A stretch of 64,000 nucleotides of DNA from NCBI GenBank assembly GCA_963819655.1, contig CAWFXA010000003.1, positions 320,001 to 384,000 of the forward strand, given 5' to 3'. The position numbers were made by a program, and so were the translations under genes. This stretch comes from an uncultured Chloroflexia bacterium. Lineage in GTDB: Bacteria; Chloroflexota; Limnocylindria; Limnocylindrales; CSP1-4. Positions within the stretch are counted from its first letter, which is position 1, and every line of letters starts with the position of its first letter. The notes under the pieces were generated by a model. The model was not told the DNA's origin and ran no database searches. It worked only from the letters and a program-made list of their open reading frames with translations. This document shows positions 1 through 9,668 of this stretch, one piece after another.

Positions 1-12
1 CCGGCCGGCCGG

Positions 13-957
13 TCAGGTCTCCAGGATCGGGCGCATGAACCGCGCAGCCTGCTCGACGGCGGCCTCGGGCGGCAGGCCGGCGTCCTCGTTCTCGATGGCG
101 AGCACATCGTCGTAGCCGACCGCGCGCAGCGCGGCCACGAACGCCGACCAAAATTCGACGCCGTGGGCACGGCCGACCGTCCGGAAGACCCACCCCCGCT
201 GCGACGGGTCGTCGAACGGACGCTGGTCGAGGACGCCGGCGAGCGCGACCTGCTCGGCGACGATCTCGGTGTCCTTCAGGTGGACGTGGTACACGGCCCG
301 CCCGAGCGCCCGGATGACGGCGAGCGGGTCCATCTGCTGCCAGAACAGGTGGGACGGATCGAGGTTGGCCCCGACGATCGGGCCGACCGCAGCGCGCATC
401 CGCTCGAGCGTCGGCACGTTGTACACGAGATGGAGCGGGTGGAGCTCGAACGCGAGCTGGTCGATGCCGGCGGCGCGGGCGTCGGCGCCGAGGCCCTGCC
501 ACAGCTCGATCGCGGCCGTCCATTGCCGCTCGAGCAGCGCCATCGCATCCGCCGGCCACGGGTACCACGTGAAGTTGACCGTCGACGAGCCCGGTCCATC
601 GCCCGGGCTGCCCGACATCGTGACGATCTTGCGCACGCCCAGCTCGGCCGCCAGCCTGATCGTCGAGCGAATCAGCGCGACGTGCGCATCACCAACGACC
701 GGGTGGAGCGGCCAGGCCGAGCAGTTGAGTGCCGCGATCCGCAGGCCACGGCTCTCGAACGCGGCAGCGAACGCCGCGCGCTTCCGCGCGTCGCCGAGGA
801 GCTCGTCGATCCGGAGGTGCGGGGCCGACGATTGGCCACCGGTCGCGATCTCGATGCCCGTCGCCCCGATCCGTGCGGCGACGTCCAACGCGTCCTCGAA
901 CCCGAGATGTGCGAGCGAGTCGGTGTAGAGGCCGAGCTCCAAGGGTCTCGCGCTCAC
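13..957 (-). CDS. Sugar phosphate isomerase/epimerase (xylose isomerase-like TIM barrel, IolH/IolI-like)
   Basis: 314 aa; metal-ligand motifs ELHP, NLDPSH, HVHLKD, IENED; GTG start. Confidence 0.85.
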   Translation of the reverse strand: MSARPLELGLYTDSLAHLGFEDALDVAARIGATGIEIATGGQSSAPHLRIDELLGDARKRAAFAAAFESRGLRIAALNCSAWPLHPVVGDAHVALIRSTIRLAAELGVRKIVTMSGSPGDGPGSSTVNFTWYPWPADAMALLERQWTAAIELWQGLGADARAAGIDQLAFELHPLHLVYNVPTLERMRAAVGPIVGANLDPSHLFWQQMDPLAVIRALGRAVYHVHLKDTEIVAEQVALAGVLDQRPFDDPSQRGWVFRTVGRAHGVEFWSAFVAALRAVGYDDVLAIENEDAGLPPEAAVEQAARFMRPILET

Positions 958-1103
958 GGAGCCGGCGTTACGCCGGGCGAGATCACGACCTTCGTGGCGC
1001 CGCCCGAGCGCAGCAGGTCGGGGCCCTCGCCCACGCGATCCAGCGGGAGGACGTGGGTCACGATCGGGTCGAGCGGGAGGGAACCGCCCTCGACGAGCCG
1101 GGC
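954..1103 (-). pseudogene. C-terminal relic of a Zn-dependent alcohol dehydrogenase
   Basis: Translates ARLVEGGSLPLDPIVTHVLPLDRVGEGPDLLRSGGATKVVISPGVTPAP*, closely matching the C-terminus of the 8646-9668 ADH; no start codon. Confidence 0.8.
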
Positions 1104-1104
1104 C

Positions 1105-2088
1105 TCATGGCGCGGTCCGGATGTGAACCTTGATGTTGGTGTCGGTGTCGCGGGCCGCCGCGAGCGCGTCGATCGCCCGCTCGAGTGGGATGCTGGCGGT
1201 GACGATCCGGGCTGGATCGACGGCCCCGCTGGCCAAGAAACGGATCGTCTTCGGCCAGATGCCCACCGAACCGATCATGCCCTCGAGGCGCAACGACTTG
1301 GACTGGATGAGCCCGAGGGCGGCCGGCGTGGTTGAACCGATGTTGATGCCGACGTATGCAACCCGCCCCCGCAGACCGACGACCTCCAGGGCGAGAGCCA
1401 TGGCCGCCGGGGCACCCGCGGCCTCGATCACACCGTCGAAGCCCCGCCCGTCTGTCAGCTCGTCAACTCCGTCCCTGAACAATTCGCTGCTGGGATCAAG
1501 CGCGGCCGTGGCGCCCAAGTCCAGAGCCTTCTCCCGGCGCCCAGCCTTCGGCTCGATCACCACCACATGCGCGTTGTTGGCGGCCGCAGCCATGATCGCG
1601 AGGAGCCCGATCGGACCGGACCCGATCACCGCGATCGTGTCGCTCGGATCGACGCCGCCCAGGCAGAGGGTGGCGTTGTAGGCGACGCTGAATGGTTCCA
1701 CCAGAGCCGCCTGCGTGTAGCTCAGCTGGTCCGGGATCTTGTGGAGCCACTCGCTGCGCGCCCGGAAGAGCTCCGCCGCCGCGCCGCTGATGCTGAACCC
1801 GAAATGGTCGCGGCCGCCCTGTCCTACCACGCACTCGCCGACGACGCGGTCGCCGGCAGCAAGATCCTTGACGTTGGCACCGACTTCCACGACCTCGCCG
1901 GACCACTCATGACCGGGCGTTATCGGGTACTCGAAGGCGATGATGTATCGCCCCTCGAGGAGCTCGAAGTCGGAATGGCAGATCCCCACCACGTGAGACC
2001 GCACAAGGACATCGTCAGGGCCGATCGCTGGCGGGTCGACTTCCAGGACAGCGGCGTTGTTCGGGCCCGAATAGACGAGTGCCTTCAT
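1105..2088 (-). CDS. Zn-dependent (MDR) alcohol/polyol dehydrogenase
   Basis: MKALVYSGP start with GAGG RBS; GICHSD, GHE and GSGPIG motifs; structural-Zn Cys4 loop absent. Confidence 0.88.
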   Translation of the reverse strand: MKALVYSGPNNAAVLEVDPPAIGPDDVLVRSHVVGICHSDFELLEGRYIIAFEYPITPGHEWSGEVVEVGANVKDLAAGDRVVGECVVGQGGRDHFGFSISGAAAELFRARSEWLHKIPDQLSYTQAALVEPFSVAYNATLCLGGVDPSDTIAVIGSGPIGLLAIMAAAANNAHVVVIEPKAGRREKALDLGATAALDPSSELFRDGVDELTDGRGFDGVIEAAGAPAAMALALEVVGLRGRVAYVGINIGSTTPAALGLIQSKSLRLEGMIGSVGIWPKTIRFLASGAVDPARIVTASIPLERAIDALAAARDTDTNIKVHIRTAP

Positions 2089-2185
2089 CTGATGCCTCTG
2101 CTGGAGATGATGGACTGCGTGCCCTCTCTGACACGTCGTGCCGGCGAGTAGACGCCGACGGCACGCTAGGAGCGCCACGTGCACT

Positions 2186-2231
2186 TTGCGACCAGCTGGC
2201 GCTGATGCTACGCTCTCTGAAATCGTTTGCA
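2186..2231 (+). promoter_or_regulatory. Sigma70 promoter plus LacI-family operator
   Basis: TTGCGA(2186)-17 bp-TACGCT(2209), extended -10; operator TGAAATCGTTTGCA at 2218-2231. Confidence 0.7.
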
Positions 2232-2248
2232 CAGAAGGGAGCTGGAGG

Positions 2249-3481
2249 ATGCCCGGCCCGGGTGCGGACCTCGTCGGCGCTGAGGAACTCGCTGAGCTCA
2301 ACGATGTGATCGCGAGCGGCCACCTGAGCCGCTTCGGCCCCGACGATGCGAGCTTTCCGGCCAAGGTCCGCCGGTTCGAGGAAACGGTCGCCGAGCTCGC
2401 TGGGACGGGCTATGCCCTCGCGGTCAACTCGGGCACCAGCGCGCTGTTCCTCTCGCTGGTCGGGCTGGGAGTCGGGCCCGGTGACGAGGTCATCGTGCCG
2501 GGCTTCACCTACGTCGCCACGATCTCGTCAGTTGTCTATGCGCGGGCGCGGCCCGTCCTTGCCGAGGTTGACGAGACGTTCGACCTCGACCCCGCCGATG
2601 TCGAGGCGCGGATCACCCCGCGGACCAAGGCGATCATCGTGGTCCACATGCTCGGCAACCCGGGCCGGATCGCCGAGCTGCGGGCCGTGGCCGAGCGGCA
2701 CGGGCTTGCCCTGATCGAGGACTGCGCGCAGGCGTTCGGCGCGACCTACCGCGGTGGTTGGGTCGGCTCGCACGGAGCCGTCGGGACCTACAGCTTCAAC
2801 GAGTTCAAGACGATCACCTGCGGCGATGGCGGCATGCTCGTCACAGACGACGAGGCGCTCTACCGGCGCGCCTTCGCCATGCACGACCAGGGCCACAGCC
2901 CGAACCGCCGCGGCGTCGAGGTCGGCAATCGCCCGTTCCTCGGCCTGAACTTCCGGATGACCGAGCTCGAGGGCGCGGTACTCCTCGCCCAGGTCCGCCG
3001 GATCGACCGCATCCGGGACCATCTGCGCGCGAACCGCGACATCGTCCACGACATCATCGGCGAGGTCCGGGGCATCGAGTTCCGGACGCTGCCCGACCCG
3101 GACGGCGACCTGGCGACGCACCTGGTCGTCATCTTCCCCGATGTCGCCACTGCCAGCGCCGTGACCAGCGAGCTCGGCTCGAACACACTCGCCACGTCGG
3201 GTTGGCACGTCTACACGGAAATGGAGCACGTGTTGACGGGCCGGACAGCAACCGGTCGAGGCTGCCCGTTCGATTGCACGTGTACGGACCCGTCGACGCC
3301 CGACTACCGCGCAGGGATGCTGCCGGCCACCGACCGGCTCCTCGAGCGCTCGATGAGCTTCTCGATCGGCGTCCTCGACCCGAACCTCGCGCCGTTCGGG
3401 CTTCGGATGCGCGACGGCGAGGACGTCGCACGGGCCAAGGCCGAACAGTTCCGGGCGGTCGCGACCCGAGTCCTGGGGTAG
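2249..3481 (+). CDS. DegT/DnrJ/EryC1/StrS family PLP aminotransferase (paralog 1)
   Basis: NSGTSAL, EDCAQA, SFNEFKTITCGDGG (PLP lysine); start inferred by alignment to the paralog at 25167. Confidence 0.9.
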   Translation: MPGPGADLVGAEELAELNDVIASGHLSRFGPDDASFPAKVRRFEETVAELAGTGYALAVNSGTSALFLSLVGLGVGPGDEVIVPGFTYVATISSVVYARARPVLAEVDETFDLDPADVEARITPRTKAIIVVHMLGNPGRIAELRAVAERHGLALIEDCAQAFGATYRGGWVGSHGAVGTYSFNEFKTITCGDGGMLVTDDEALYRRAFAMHDQGHSPNRRGVEVGNRPFLGLNFRMTELEGAVLLAQVRRIDRIRDHLRANRDIVHDIIGEVRGIEFRTLPDPDGDLATHLVVIFPDVATASAVTSELGSNTLATSGWHVYTEMEHVLTGRTATGRGCPFDCTCTDPSTPDYRAGMLPATDRLLERSMSFSIGVLDPNLAPFGLRMRDGEDVARAKAEQFRAVATRVLG

Positions 3482-3485
3482 GCCC

Positions 3486-4679
3486 CTAAGCGTTCAGCTC
3501 GCCGCTCGTGAGCCGGCCTGCGAGATCAGCGAGGAACGCTGCCGCCTGTGCGCCGTCGGTGACCCGATGGTCGACCGACAACGTGAGGGTCACGACCGGG
3601 GCGACCACCATCTTGCCGTCCCTTGCCACGACCATGTCGCGCACGCGACCGACCGCGAGGATCGCCGACTCGGGCGGGTTCACGATCGCGGTGAACCGAT
3701 CGACGCCATGCTGACCCAGGTTGGAGATCGTGAAGACCGCGCCGACGAGCGCATCCACCGGGAGCTTCCCGGCACGCGCCCAGTCCTGGAGCGCTGCACG
3801 CTCCCGGGAGATCACTGCGACCTCCTTCGTGTCGGCGTCGCGGAGAACCGGCACGAGCAGGCCTTCCTCTAGGGCAACGGCGATCCCGAGGTGGATGCCG
3901 TCCGCGGGGATCAGCCCGTCCGGGTCGTAACGACTAACAAGCCGCGGATGGTCGCGCAGTGTGCGCGCGACCGCCGAGATGAGCACGTCGGCATAGGAAA
4001 CTCCGGCGGCGGTTCGGGCCGCGTTCGCGGCGGTCATGTCGATGTCACTGGAGACGGAGAATTGGGGCACGTCGCGGAACGAGTGGGTCATTCGCTCGAC
4101 GATCGCCCGGCGCATTCGCGACAGCGGGGGACGGACGGCCGCGGGACCCTGCAGACCAGCCCCCGCGCTGGGCGCGACCGGCGCGGAGCCCGATACGCCG
4201 CTCGAGCTCTCCGAGCGATGCGCCGTCTCGACGTCGTCGACCGAGACCCGGCCACCCTTGGCAGCGCGGACCCGGGCCAGGTCTACACCCAGTTCCAGCG
4301 CGCGTTTACGGGCGGCCGGACTCGCGACCACCCGACCGTTCGCAGGCGGGGACGGGACCGGTAGAGGCACCGGCGCCGCCTCAGCGATCGGTCGCTCGGG
4401 CGCGGCCAGCGTCAACGGGACGGCCATCGGCTCGTCGGCAGTGGTCGTGATGAGCGCGATGACCTGTGTCACCGGGACCGTCTCTCCGGCGGCAACAAGG
4501 AGCTTGCGAACATATCCAGCGACAGGCGACTCCACCTCCATGGTGGCCTTGTCCGTCTCGACCTCGAACAGGATCTCGCCGGTTTCGATGCGATCGCCTT
4601 CCTTCTTCAGCCACGCAACGAGCATGCCCTCGTCCATGGTCAGGCCGAGCTTCGGCAGGATGACCGAGGTGACGCTCAC
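3486..4679 (-). CDS. Dihydrolipoamide acyltransferase E2 (acetoin/2-oxoacid dehydrogenase type)
   Basis: Lipoyl domain ETDKAT, E3-binding ASPAARKRA, catalytic DHRVTDG. Confidence 0.92.
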   Translation of the reverse strand: MSVTSVILPKLGLTMDEGMLVAWLKKEGDRIETGEILFEVETDKATMEVESPVAGYVRKLLVAAGETVPVTQVIALITTTADEPMAVPLTLAAPERPIAEAAPVPLPVPSPPANGRVVASPAARKRALELGVDLARVRAAKGGRVSVDDVETAHRSESSSGVSGSAPVAPSAGAGLQGPAAVRPPLSRMRRAIVERMTHSFRDVPQFSVSSDIDMTAANAARTAAGVSYADVLISAVARTLRDHPRLVSRYDPDGLIPADGIHLGIAVALEEGLLVPVLRDADTKEVAVISRERAALQDWARAGKLPVDALVGAVFTISNLGQHGVDRFTAIVNPPESAILAVGRVRDMVVARDGKMVVAPVVTLTLSVDHRVTDGAQAAAFLADLAGRLTSGELNA

Positions 4680-5692
4680 CCAACGAGCTCGTTCGCGACG
4701 CGGACGATGTCCTCGACCTGCGGGATGACCCCGCGCTCGAGATGGGCGGCATACGGGATCGGCGTCTCGGCACCGGCAAGACGGCGCGGCGGGGCGTCCA
4801 GATCGTCGAAGGCCTCCTCTGCGACGAGTGCGGCGATCTCGCCGCCATAGCCACCACGCTTGATCGCCTCGTGCACGACGAGCAGCCGGCGCGTCTTGCG
4901 CACGCTCGCGAGAATCGTCTCCTTGTCGAGCGGCACGAGCGAGCGAAGGTCGATGACCTCCGTCTCGACCCCATCGGCGGCCAGCGTTGCCGCCGCTTCG
5001 AGGGCGAAGAGCACCTCGCGGGACCAGGTCACGATCGTGAGATCGCTCCCCTCGCGCTTCACATCGGCTATGCCGAGCGGGACGACATGATCGCCCTCAG
5101 GCACCGGCCCTTTCGTGCGGTAGAGCAGCTTGTGCTCGATGAACATGACCGGGTCGTCGTCCCTGATGGCCGCGGTCAGGAGGCCTTTCGCATCGGCCGG
5201 TGTGGCCGGCATGACGACCTTCAGGCCGGCTACGTGCGTGAACCACGCCTCGAGCGACTTGGAGTGCTGCGCTGCGTTGCCCCGACCCGAGCCACCCTGG
5301 GTACGCACGACGAGCGGCACGCGGGCCTGACCACCGAACATGAACCGGTTCTGCGCGGCCTGGTTCACGATCTGGTCGATGGCGAGACCGGAGAAGTCGA
5401 TGTACATGAGCTCGACGACCGGCCGGAGGCCGGTGAGCGCGGCTCCGACGCCTGCCCCAACGATCCCGAGCTCACTGATCGGCGTCTGGCGGATACGTTG
5501 CGGCCCGAACTCGGCGAGCAGGCCGGCGGTCACTTGAAAGGCTCCGCCGTGCTCGGCGATGTCCTCGCCCATCACCAGGACCCGCGGGTCGCGCTGCATC
5601 TCGAGCCGGAGTGCGTCGCGGAGTGCCTCCGCGTAGAACAGCTCGGTCGTCGCGCCTGGAGCCCTGGTGGCGGCCGCCTCAGAAGCTGGCAT
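4676..5692 (-). CDS. 2-oxoacid/acetoin dehydrogenase E1 beta subunit
   Basis: GEDI, TPISE, AAQHS and [10 protein letters not shown] motifs. Confidence 0.92.
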   Translation of the reverse strand: MPASEAAATRAPGATTELFYAEALRDALRLEMQRDPRVLVMGEDIAEHGGAFQVTAGLLAEFGPQRIRQTPISELGIVGAGVGAALTGLRPVVELMYIDFSGLAIDQIVNQAAQNRFMFGGQARVPLVVRTQGGSGRGNAAQHSKSLEAWFTHVAGLKVVMPATPADAKGLLTAAIRDDDPVMFIEHKLLYRTKGPVPEGDHVVPLGIADVKREGSDLTIVTWSREVLFALEAAATLAADGVETEVIDLRSLVPLDKETILASVRKTRRLLVVHEAIKRGGYGGEIAALVAEEAFDDLDAPPRRLAGAETPIPYAAHLERGVIPQVEDIVRVANELVG

Positions 5693-6644
5693 AGATCTCT
5701 TCTAGCGTGATCGGCGATGCGATCGGGCCGGTCTCCGCCCAGGCGATCGCGGCCTCGGTCTCCTCGTCCACCTCGCGGTCGAGGGCATTGATCTCCGCCT
5801 CGGTCACGACGCCGTCCGAGATCAGCCAGGCACGGGCATTGATGATCGGGTCGAACGTCGCACGCCAGACCTCCATCTCCTCCTTCGGGCGGTAATGCTG
5901 TGGATCGCCGTAGTAGTGGCCCTCGTGGCGGTAGGCCTCGGCAACGATGAGCGTCGGACCGTCTCCCGCCCGAGCCCGGACGATCGCCTCGCCGGCGACC
6001 GCGTACACGAGACGGACGTCCCGGGCATCGACGTTGACTCCCGGAATCCCGTAACCGACTGCCCGCGAGGCGATGTCTTCGGTCGCAAAGGCCTTGCCGA
6101 CCGGGAGACTCTCCGCGTACTGGTTGTTCTCGCAGACGTAGACGACCGGTAGCTTCCAGATCGCGGCGAGGTTCAGCGACTCGTGGAACGTGCCCTCGTT
6201 CGCGGCCCCGTCGCCAAAGAACGAGACGGCGACCTGGTCCGTGCCGAGCTGCTGAGCGGTCAGAGCTGCGCCGGTCGCGATCGGGATGCCACCACCAACG
6301 ATCCCGTTCGCGCCCAGGTTGCCCTTGGATGTGTCGGCGATGTGCATCGAGCCGCCCCGGCCGCGGCAGTAGCCCGTTTCGCGCCCGAGCAGCTCCGCGT
6401 ACATCTTGCCGAGGTCGGCCCCCTTGGCGATGCAGTGGCCGTGACCACGATGCGTCGACGTGATCCAGTCGTCATCGCGAAGGTGGGCGCTGACACCCGC
6501 TGCTATCGCCTCCTCGCCCGCGTAGCTGTGGATCGTGCCCCAGATCTTGTTCTCGCCGAAGAGCGTCGTCGCGCGCTGCTCGAAGCGGCGGATCCTCCGC
6601 ATCACCCGGTAGAGGTCGATCGCGGTGACCTTGTCGATGACCAT
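5679..6644 (-). CDS. ThDP-dependent dehydrogenase E1 alpha subunit (AcoA/PdhA-like)
   Basis: THRGHGH, GRGGSMH, ThDP motif FFGDGA...ENN. Confidence 0.92.
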   Translation of the reverse strand: MVIDKVTAIDLYRVMRRIRRFEQRATTLFGENKIWGTIHSYAGEEAIAAGVSAHLRDDDWITSTHRGHGHCIAKGADLGKMYAELLGRETGYCRGRGGSMHIADTSKGNLGANGIVGGGIPIATGAALTAQQLGTDQVAVSFFGDGAANEGTFHESLNLAAIWKLPVVYVCENNQYAESLPVGKAFATEDIASRAVGYGIPGVNVDARDVRLVYAVAGEAIVRARAGDGPTLIVAEAYRHEGHYYGDPQHYRPKEEMEVWRATFDPIINARAWLISDGVVTEAEINALDREVDEETEAAIAWAETGPIASPITLEEIYASF

Positions 6645-7412
6645 CTACTCCTCGACGAAGGCGGCCACGCGGCAGATACAGGCCTCGCCGCCTTGCCAGC
6701 GCCATGGGAAAGCGCCGATGTCCACGCGCCGCCCGGCGACCTCCGCGAGCTCTCCGCCGAGGTTTTCCAGCATCGAAATGTCATTCCGCGCGGTCGCCCG
6801 GTGAACGTATTCGAAATCCTTCTCTGGCAGCGTGTCCTCGATCGGCCGACCAGTCATCGTCTCGTACTCAACGACGAGATCAGGTCGCATGTGGCGCACG
6901 CGGGTGTACAGGGAGTGGTCGATCGAGGCCAGATCCGCGCCGATCCATTTGATCCGCTTGCCGATAAGGTGATCGATGACCTCGGGTTGGGGGCCCGGAT
7001 GGCGATCAAAGTACGTCACATCGTCACGCGTCGGCTTGGTCCAGTTGTACTTGTCCCAGCCCGTGTAGAGCACGACGATATCGCCATCGCGGATCGATTC
7101 GCCCGACGGGACGTGGGCCTCGATGTCGGCAAGGCTGTAGTAACTCCACGGCTTGGTGATGGGCCGAAGGTCGATCACCAGGGCCGTCCCGTAGAGCTCG
7201 CTCAGCTCGATCCGGCCGAGGTCCCGACCGGTTTCCCAGTAGTGGCTCGGCGCGTCGATGTGCGTGCCGGTGTGCATATTCGTCTTCACGAGCATGGTGC
7301 TCTTGCGGTCCCGGTGATGCGTCGTGATGTCGGTGACCTCGATCGAGGCGAACTGGGGCCATGTGGGCATTCGATCGCCCCACGGCTGCGTCAGGTCGAC
7401 GATGCGCTTCAG
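6645..7412 (-). CDS. Cyclase family (kynurenine formamidase-like) metal hydrolase
   Basis: HTGTHIDAPSH motif; family-like N-terminus KRIVDLTQPW extends above the ATG at 7370 to a CTG at 7412 preceded by GGAG. Confidence 0.85.
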   Translation of the reverse strand: MKRIVDLTQPWGDRMPTWPQFASIEVTDITTHHRDRKSTMLVKTNMHTGTHIDAPSHYWETGRDLGRIELSELYGTALVIDLRPITKPWSYYSLADIEAHVPSGESIRDGDIVVLYTGWDKYNWTKPTRDDVTYFDRHPGPQPEVIDHLIGKRIKWIGADLASIDHSLYTRVRHMRPDLVVEYETMTGRPIEDTLPEKDFEYVHRATARNDISMLENLGGELAEVAGRRVDIGAFPWRWQGGEACICRVAAFVEE

Positions 7413-7443
7413 GGCTGGACTCCGGTTGGTCGTGGTGACAGCC

Positions 7444-8478
7444 TCACGGCTGGACCGGCGCGGCCGAGGACGCGCGGACGACGAGCTCGGTCGGGAGCGT
7501 CACGCGGACCTGGCCGATCGGTCGCCCCTCCAGGCTGTCGATGAGCAGATTGGCCCCAGCGACCCCCATATCCAGTTGGGGTACGCGCACGGTCGTCAGC
7601 GCGGGCTCGAGCAGGCCGGCCAGCGGGATGTCGTTGAAGCCGACGATCGAGAGGTCGCCCGGGACGCGGGTCCCGATCTGGCGGAGTCGCTGAAGCATGC
7701 CGATCGCGATGAGGTCGTTGGCAGCGAATACAGCCGTCGGTTTGGCGGATCCGGCGAGCATCACCTCGAGCGCGCGGTGGCCGCCCTCCTCGGAGAACGC
7801 GGTGGCCTCGACCACCAGCTCCGGCTCGTCGGCCAAGCCGAACGCAAGGACGCCAGCCCGGTAACCCCCGCGCCGTTCAACGCCTGTCGTGGTGTTCTGT
7901 GGCCCGGCGATATGGCCGACCCTGCGGTGGCCGAGATCGGCGAGATGGGCGACTACCCCGAAGGCCGCAGCGTAGTTGTCTACGACGACCGCGTGGTCTT
8001 CGGCGCGATCGGTCGCTCGGTTGAGAAGGACGAACGGGAATGCTTCTTCGCGCAGCTCGGCGATCGTGAGGTCAGCCATCTGCGAGGATGCGATGAGCAG
8101 GCCGTCGACCTGGCGATCGCGGAGCACGCGCAAGTACGTCGCCTCGCGTTGGGGCTCGTCCTCCGAGTTGCAGAGGATGAGGTTGTAGCCCCGATTGCGG
8201 GCCGCGTCTTCGGCCCCCTTGATGATCGACGAGAAGAACGGGTTCGTGATGTCCGGGACCAGCATCCCGAGCGTTAACGTCCGCTGCAGGCGGAGACTGC
8301 GGGCGAGGGCCGACGGCCGGTAGCCGAGGCGGTCGGTGGCCGCGATGATGCGCTCCCGCGTCGCCGGTCGGATCGTGGACCCCGTGTGGCCCGTGAGGAC
8401 ACGTGACACCGTCGACGGGTGCACGCGAGCCTCCGCCGCCACATCGATGATCGTCGTTCGAGCTTTCGTCTTGCCCAT
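7444..8478 (-). CDS. LacI family transcriptional regulator
   Basis: HTH TIIDVAAEARVHPSTVSRVL, hinge YRPSALARSL, C-terminal LTTVRVP. Confidence 0.93.
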   Translation of the reverse strand: MGKTKARTTIIDVAAEARVHPSTVSRVLTGHTGSTIRPATRERIIAATDRLGYRPSALARSLRLQRTLTLGMLVPDITNPFFSSIIKGAEDAARNRGYNLILCNSEDEPQREATYLRVLRDRQVDGLLIASSQMADLTIAELREEAFPFVLLNRATDRAEDHAVVVDNYAAAFGVVAHLADLGHRRVGHIAGPQNTTTGVERRGGYRAGVLAFGLADEPELVVEATAFSEEGGHRALEVMLAGSAKPTAVFAANDLIAIGMLQRLRQIGTRVPGDLSIVGFNDIPLAGLLEPALTTVRVPQLDMGVAGANLLIDSLEGRPIGQVRVTLPTELVVRASSAAPVQP

Positions 8479-8501
8479 CTCGACACCGCCGTGCGATGGT
8501 C

Positions 8502-8546
8502 CGCAATCGATTTCCGAAGGGTACCGCCGGGCAGGATGGGGGTCAA
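8502..8546 (-). promoter_or_regulatory. Sigma70 promoter plus LacI-family operator (autoregulation)
   Basis: Minus strand TTGACC(8546)-17 bp-TACCCT(8523); operator GGAAATCGATTGCG at 8515-8502. Confidence 0.7.
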
Positions 8547-8575
8547 GCAGAGCGTCTTCCGAACGCGCCCGCAAC

Positions 8576-8601
8576 GACCTGCTACCTGCTGGTGGCAGGT
8601 T
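8576..8601 (-). terminator. Hairpin, possible intrinsic terminator after the ABC-ADH operon
   Basis: Imperfect 11-bp stem GACCTGCTACC-TGCT-GGTGGCAGGTT, 45 bp after the ADH stop; no U tract. Confidence 0.4.
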
Positions 8602-8645
8602 GTGGCTCCGGCCGGCCGGAAACCCCAGATCCCGAGCGACTCCTG

Positions 8646-9668
8646 TCAGGAAGCCGGCGTCGGGCCGGGCGTGATCACGACCTTGGTCGCGTCCCCGGAA
8701 CGTAGCAGGTCGAGGCCTTCGGCCAGACGCTCCAGCGGCAGGACGTGCGTGACGATCGGGGCGAGAGGCAGAGATCCGCCCTCGACCAGCCTGATCGCCG
8801 TGGGGAAGGTGAACGCGGTCACGTACGAGCCCAGCACCGAGAGCGACCGTTCGGTGATCGTGTACTGGTGGATCGGCGGCCGGGCGGTCTGGTTCTGGCC
8901 GAACAGCACGATCCGGCCCCCGAGAGCCGCGTGCTCGACCGCCGTTCCGAACTGGTTGCCGACCGCGTCGACCAGCACATCTGCGCCGGCGGGCAGCAAC
9001 CCGGGACGGCGTTCGGCCAGCTCGGCCGGTGAGACGACGACATCGGCGCCGACGGCGGTGGCAACCGCGCCTCGCGCGGCCTGCGGTTCGACCACGACGA
9101 CGGGGCCGGCGCCGGCGGCCTTGAACATGGCGAGGAACAGGCAACCGATGGCGCCTGCGCCGAAGATGATGGCGGACTCGCCCGGTCTGGGATCGGCCTT
9201 GTTGACCCCGTTCACGACGCAGGCGAGCGGCTCGATGAGCGCGGCGATCGATGCGGGCGGAGCATCCGACAGGGGGAAGACTGCGCCGGCCGGCGCCTTG
9301 ACCGAGCGGGCAAGCGCGCCGTCCCGGAAGATTCCAAGCGCCACAGCGTTCTCGCAGCTCGCCGGCCGACCGGCCCGGCACGGGCCGCAGACGCCGCACT
9401 TCGGATCGGGGTCGACGGTCACGCGCTGGCCGACCGCGAGGCCGTTCGCGTTGCTGCCCGTGGCCCGGACGCGGCCGATGAACTCGTGGCCCATGACGAC
9501 GCCGGCATTGGCCGGGTGACCCGGTGGGACGTTGAGGATCTGGAGGTCCGTGCCGCAGATTCCGCACGCCTCGACCTCGATGACGACATCGTCGGGCGCC
9601 TCGACGGTCGGTTCCGGAACTTCTTCGAGCTCGACGGCACCGGAGCCCTTGAAGACGGCTGCTCGCAT
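8646..9668 (-). CDS. Zn-dependent (MDR) alcohol/polyol dehydrogenase
   Basis: MRAAVFKG start in a TGATG overlap; GICGTD, GHE, CGVCGPCRAGRPASC and GAGAIG. Confidence 0.9.
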   Translation of the reverse strand: MRAAVFKGSGAVELEEVPEPTVEAPDDVVIEVEACGICGTDLQILNVPPGHPANAGVVMGHEFIGRVRATGSNANGLAVGQRVTVDPDPKCGVCGPCRAGRPASCENAVALGIFRDGALARSVKAPAGAVFPLSDAPPASIAALIEPLACVVNGVNKADPRPGESAIIFGAGAIGCLFLAMFKAAGAGPVVVVEPQAARGAVATAVGADVVVSPAELAERRPGLLPAGADVLVDAVGNQFGTAVEHAALGGRIVLFGQNQTARPPIHQYTITERSLSVLGSYVTAFTFPTAIRLVEGGSLPLAPIVTHVLPLERLAEGLDLLRSGDATKVVITPGPTPAS

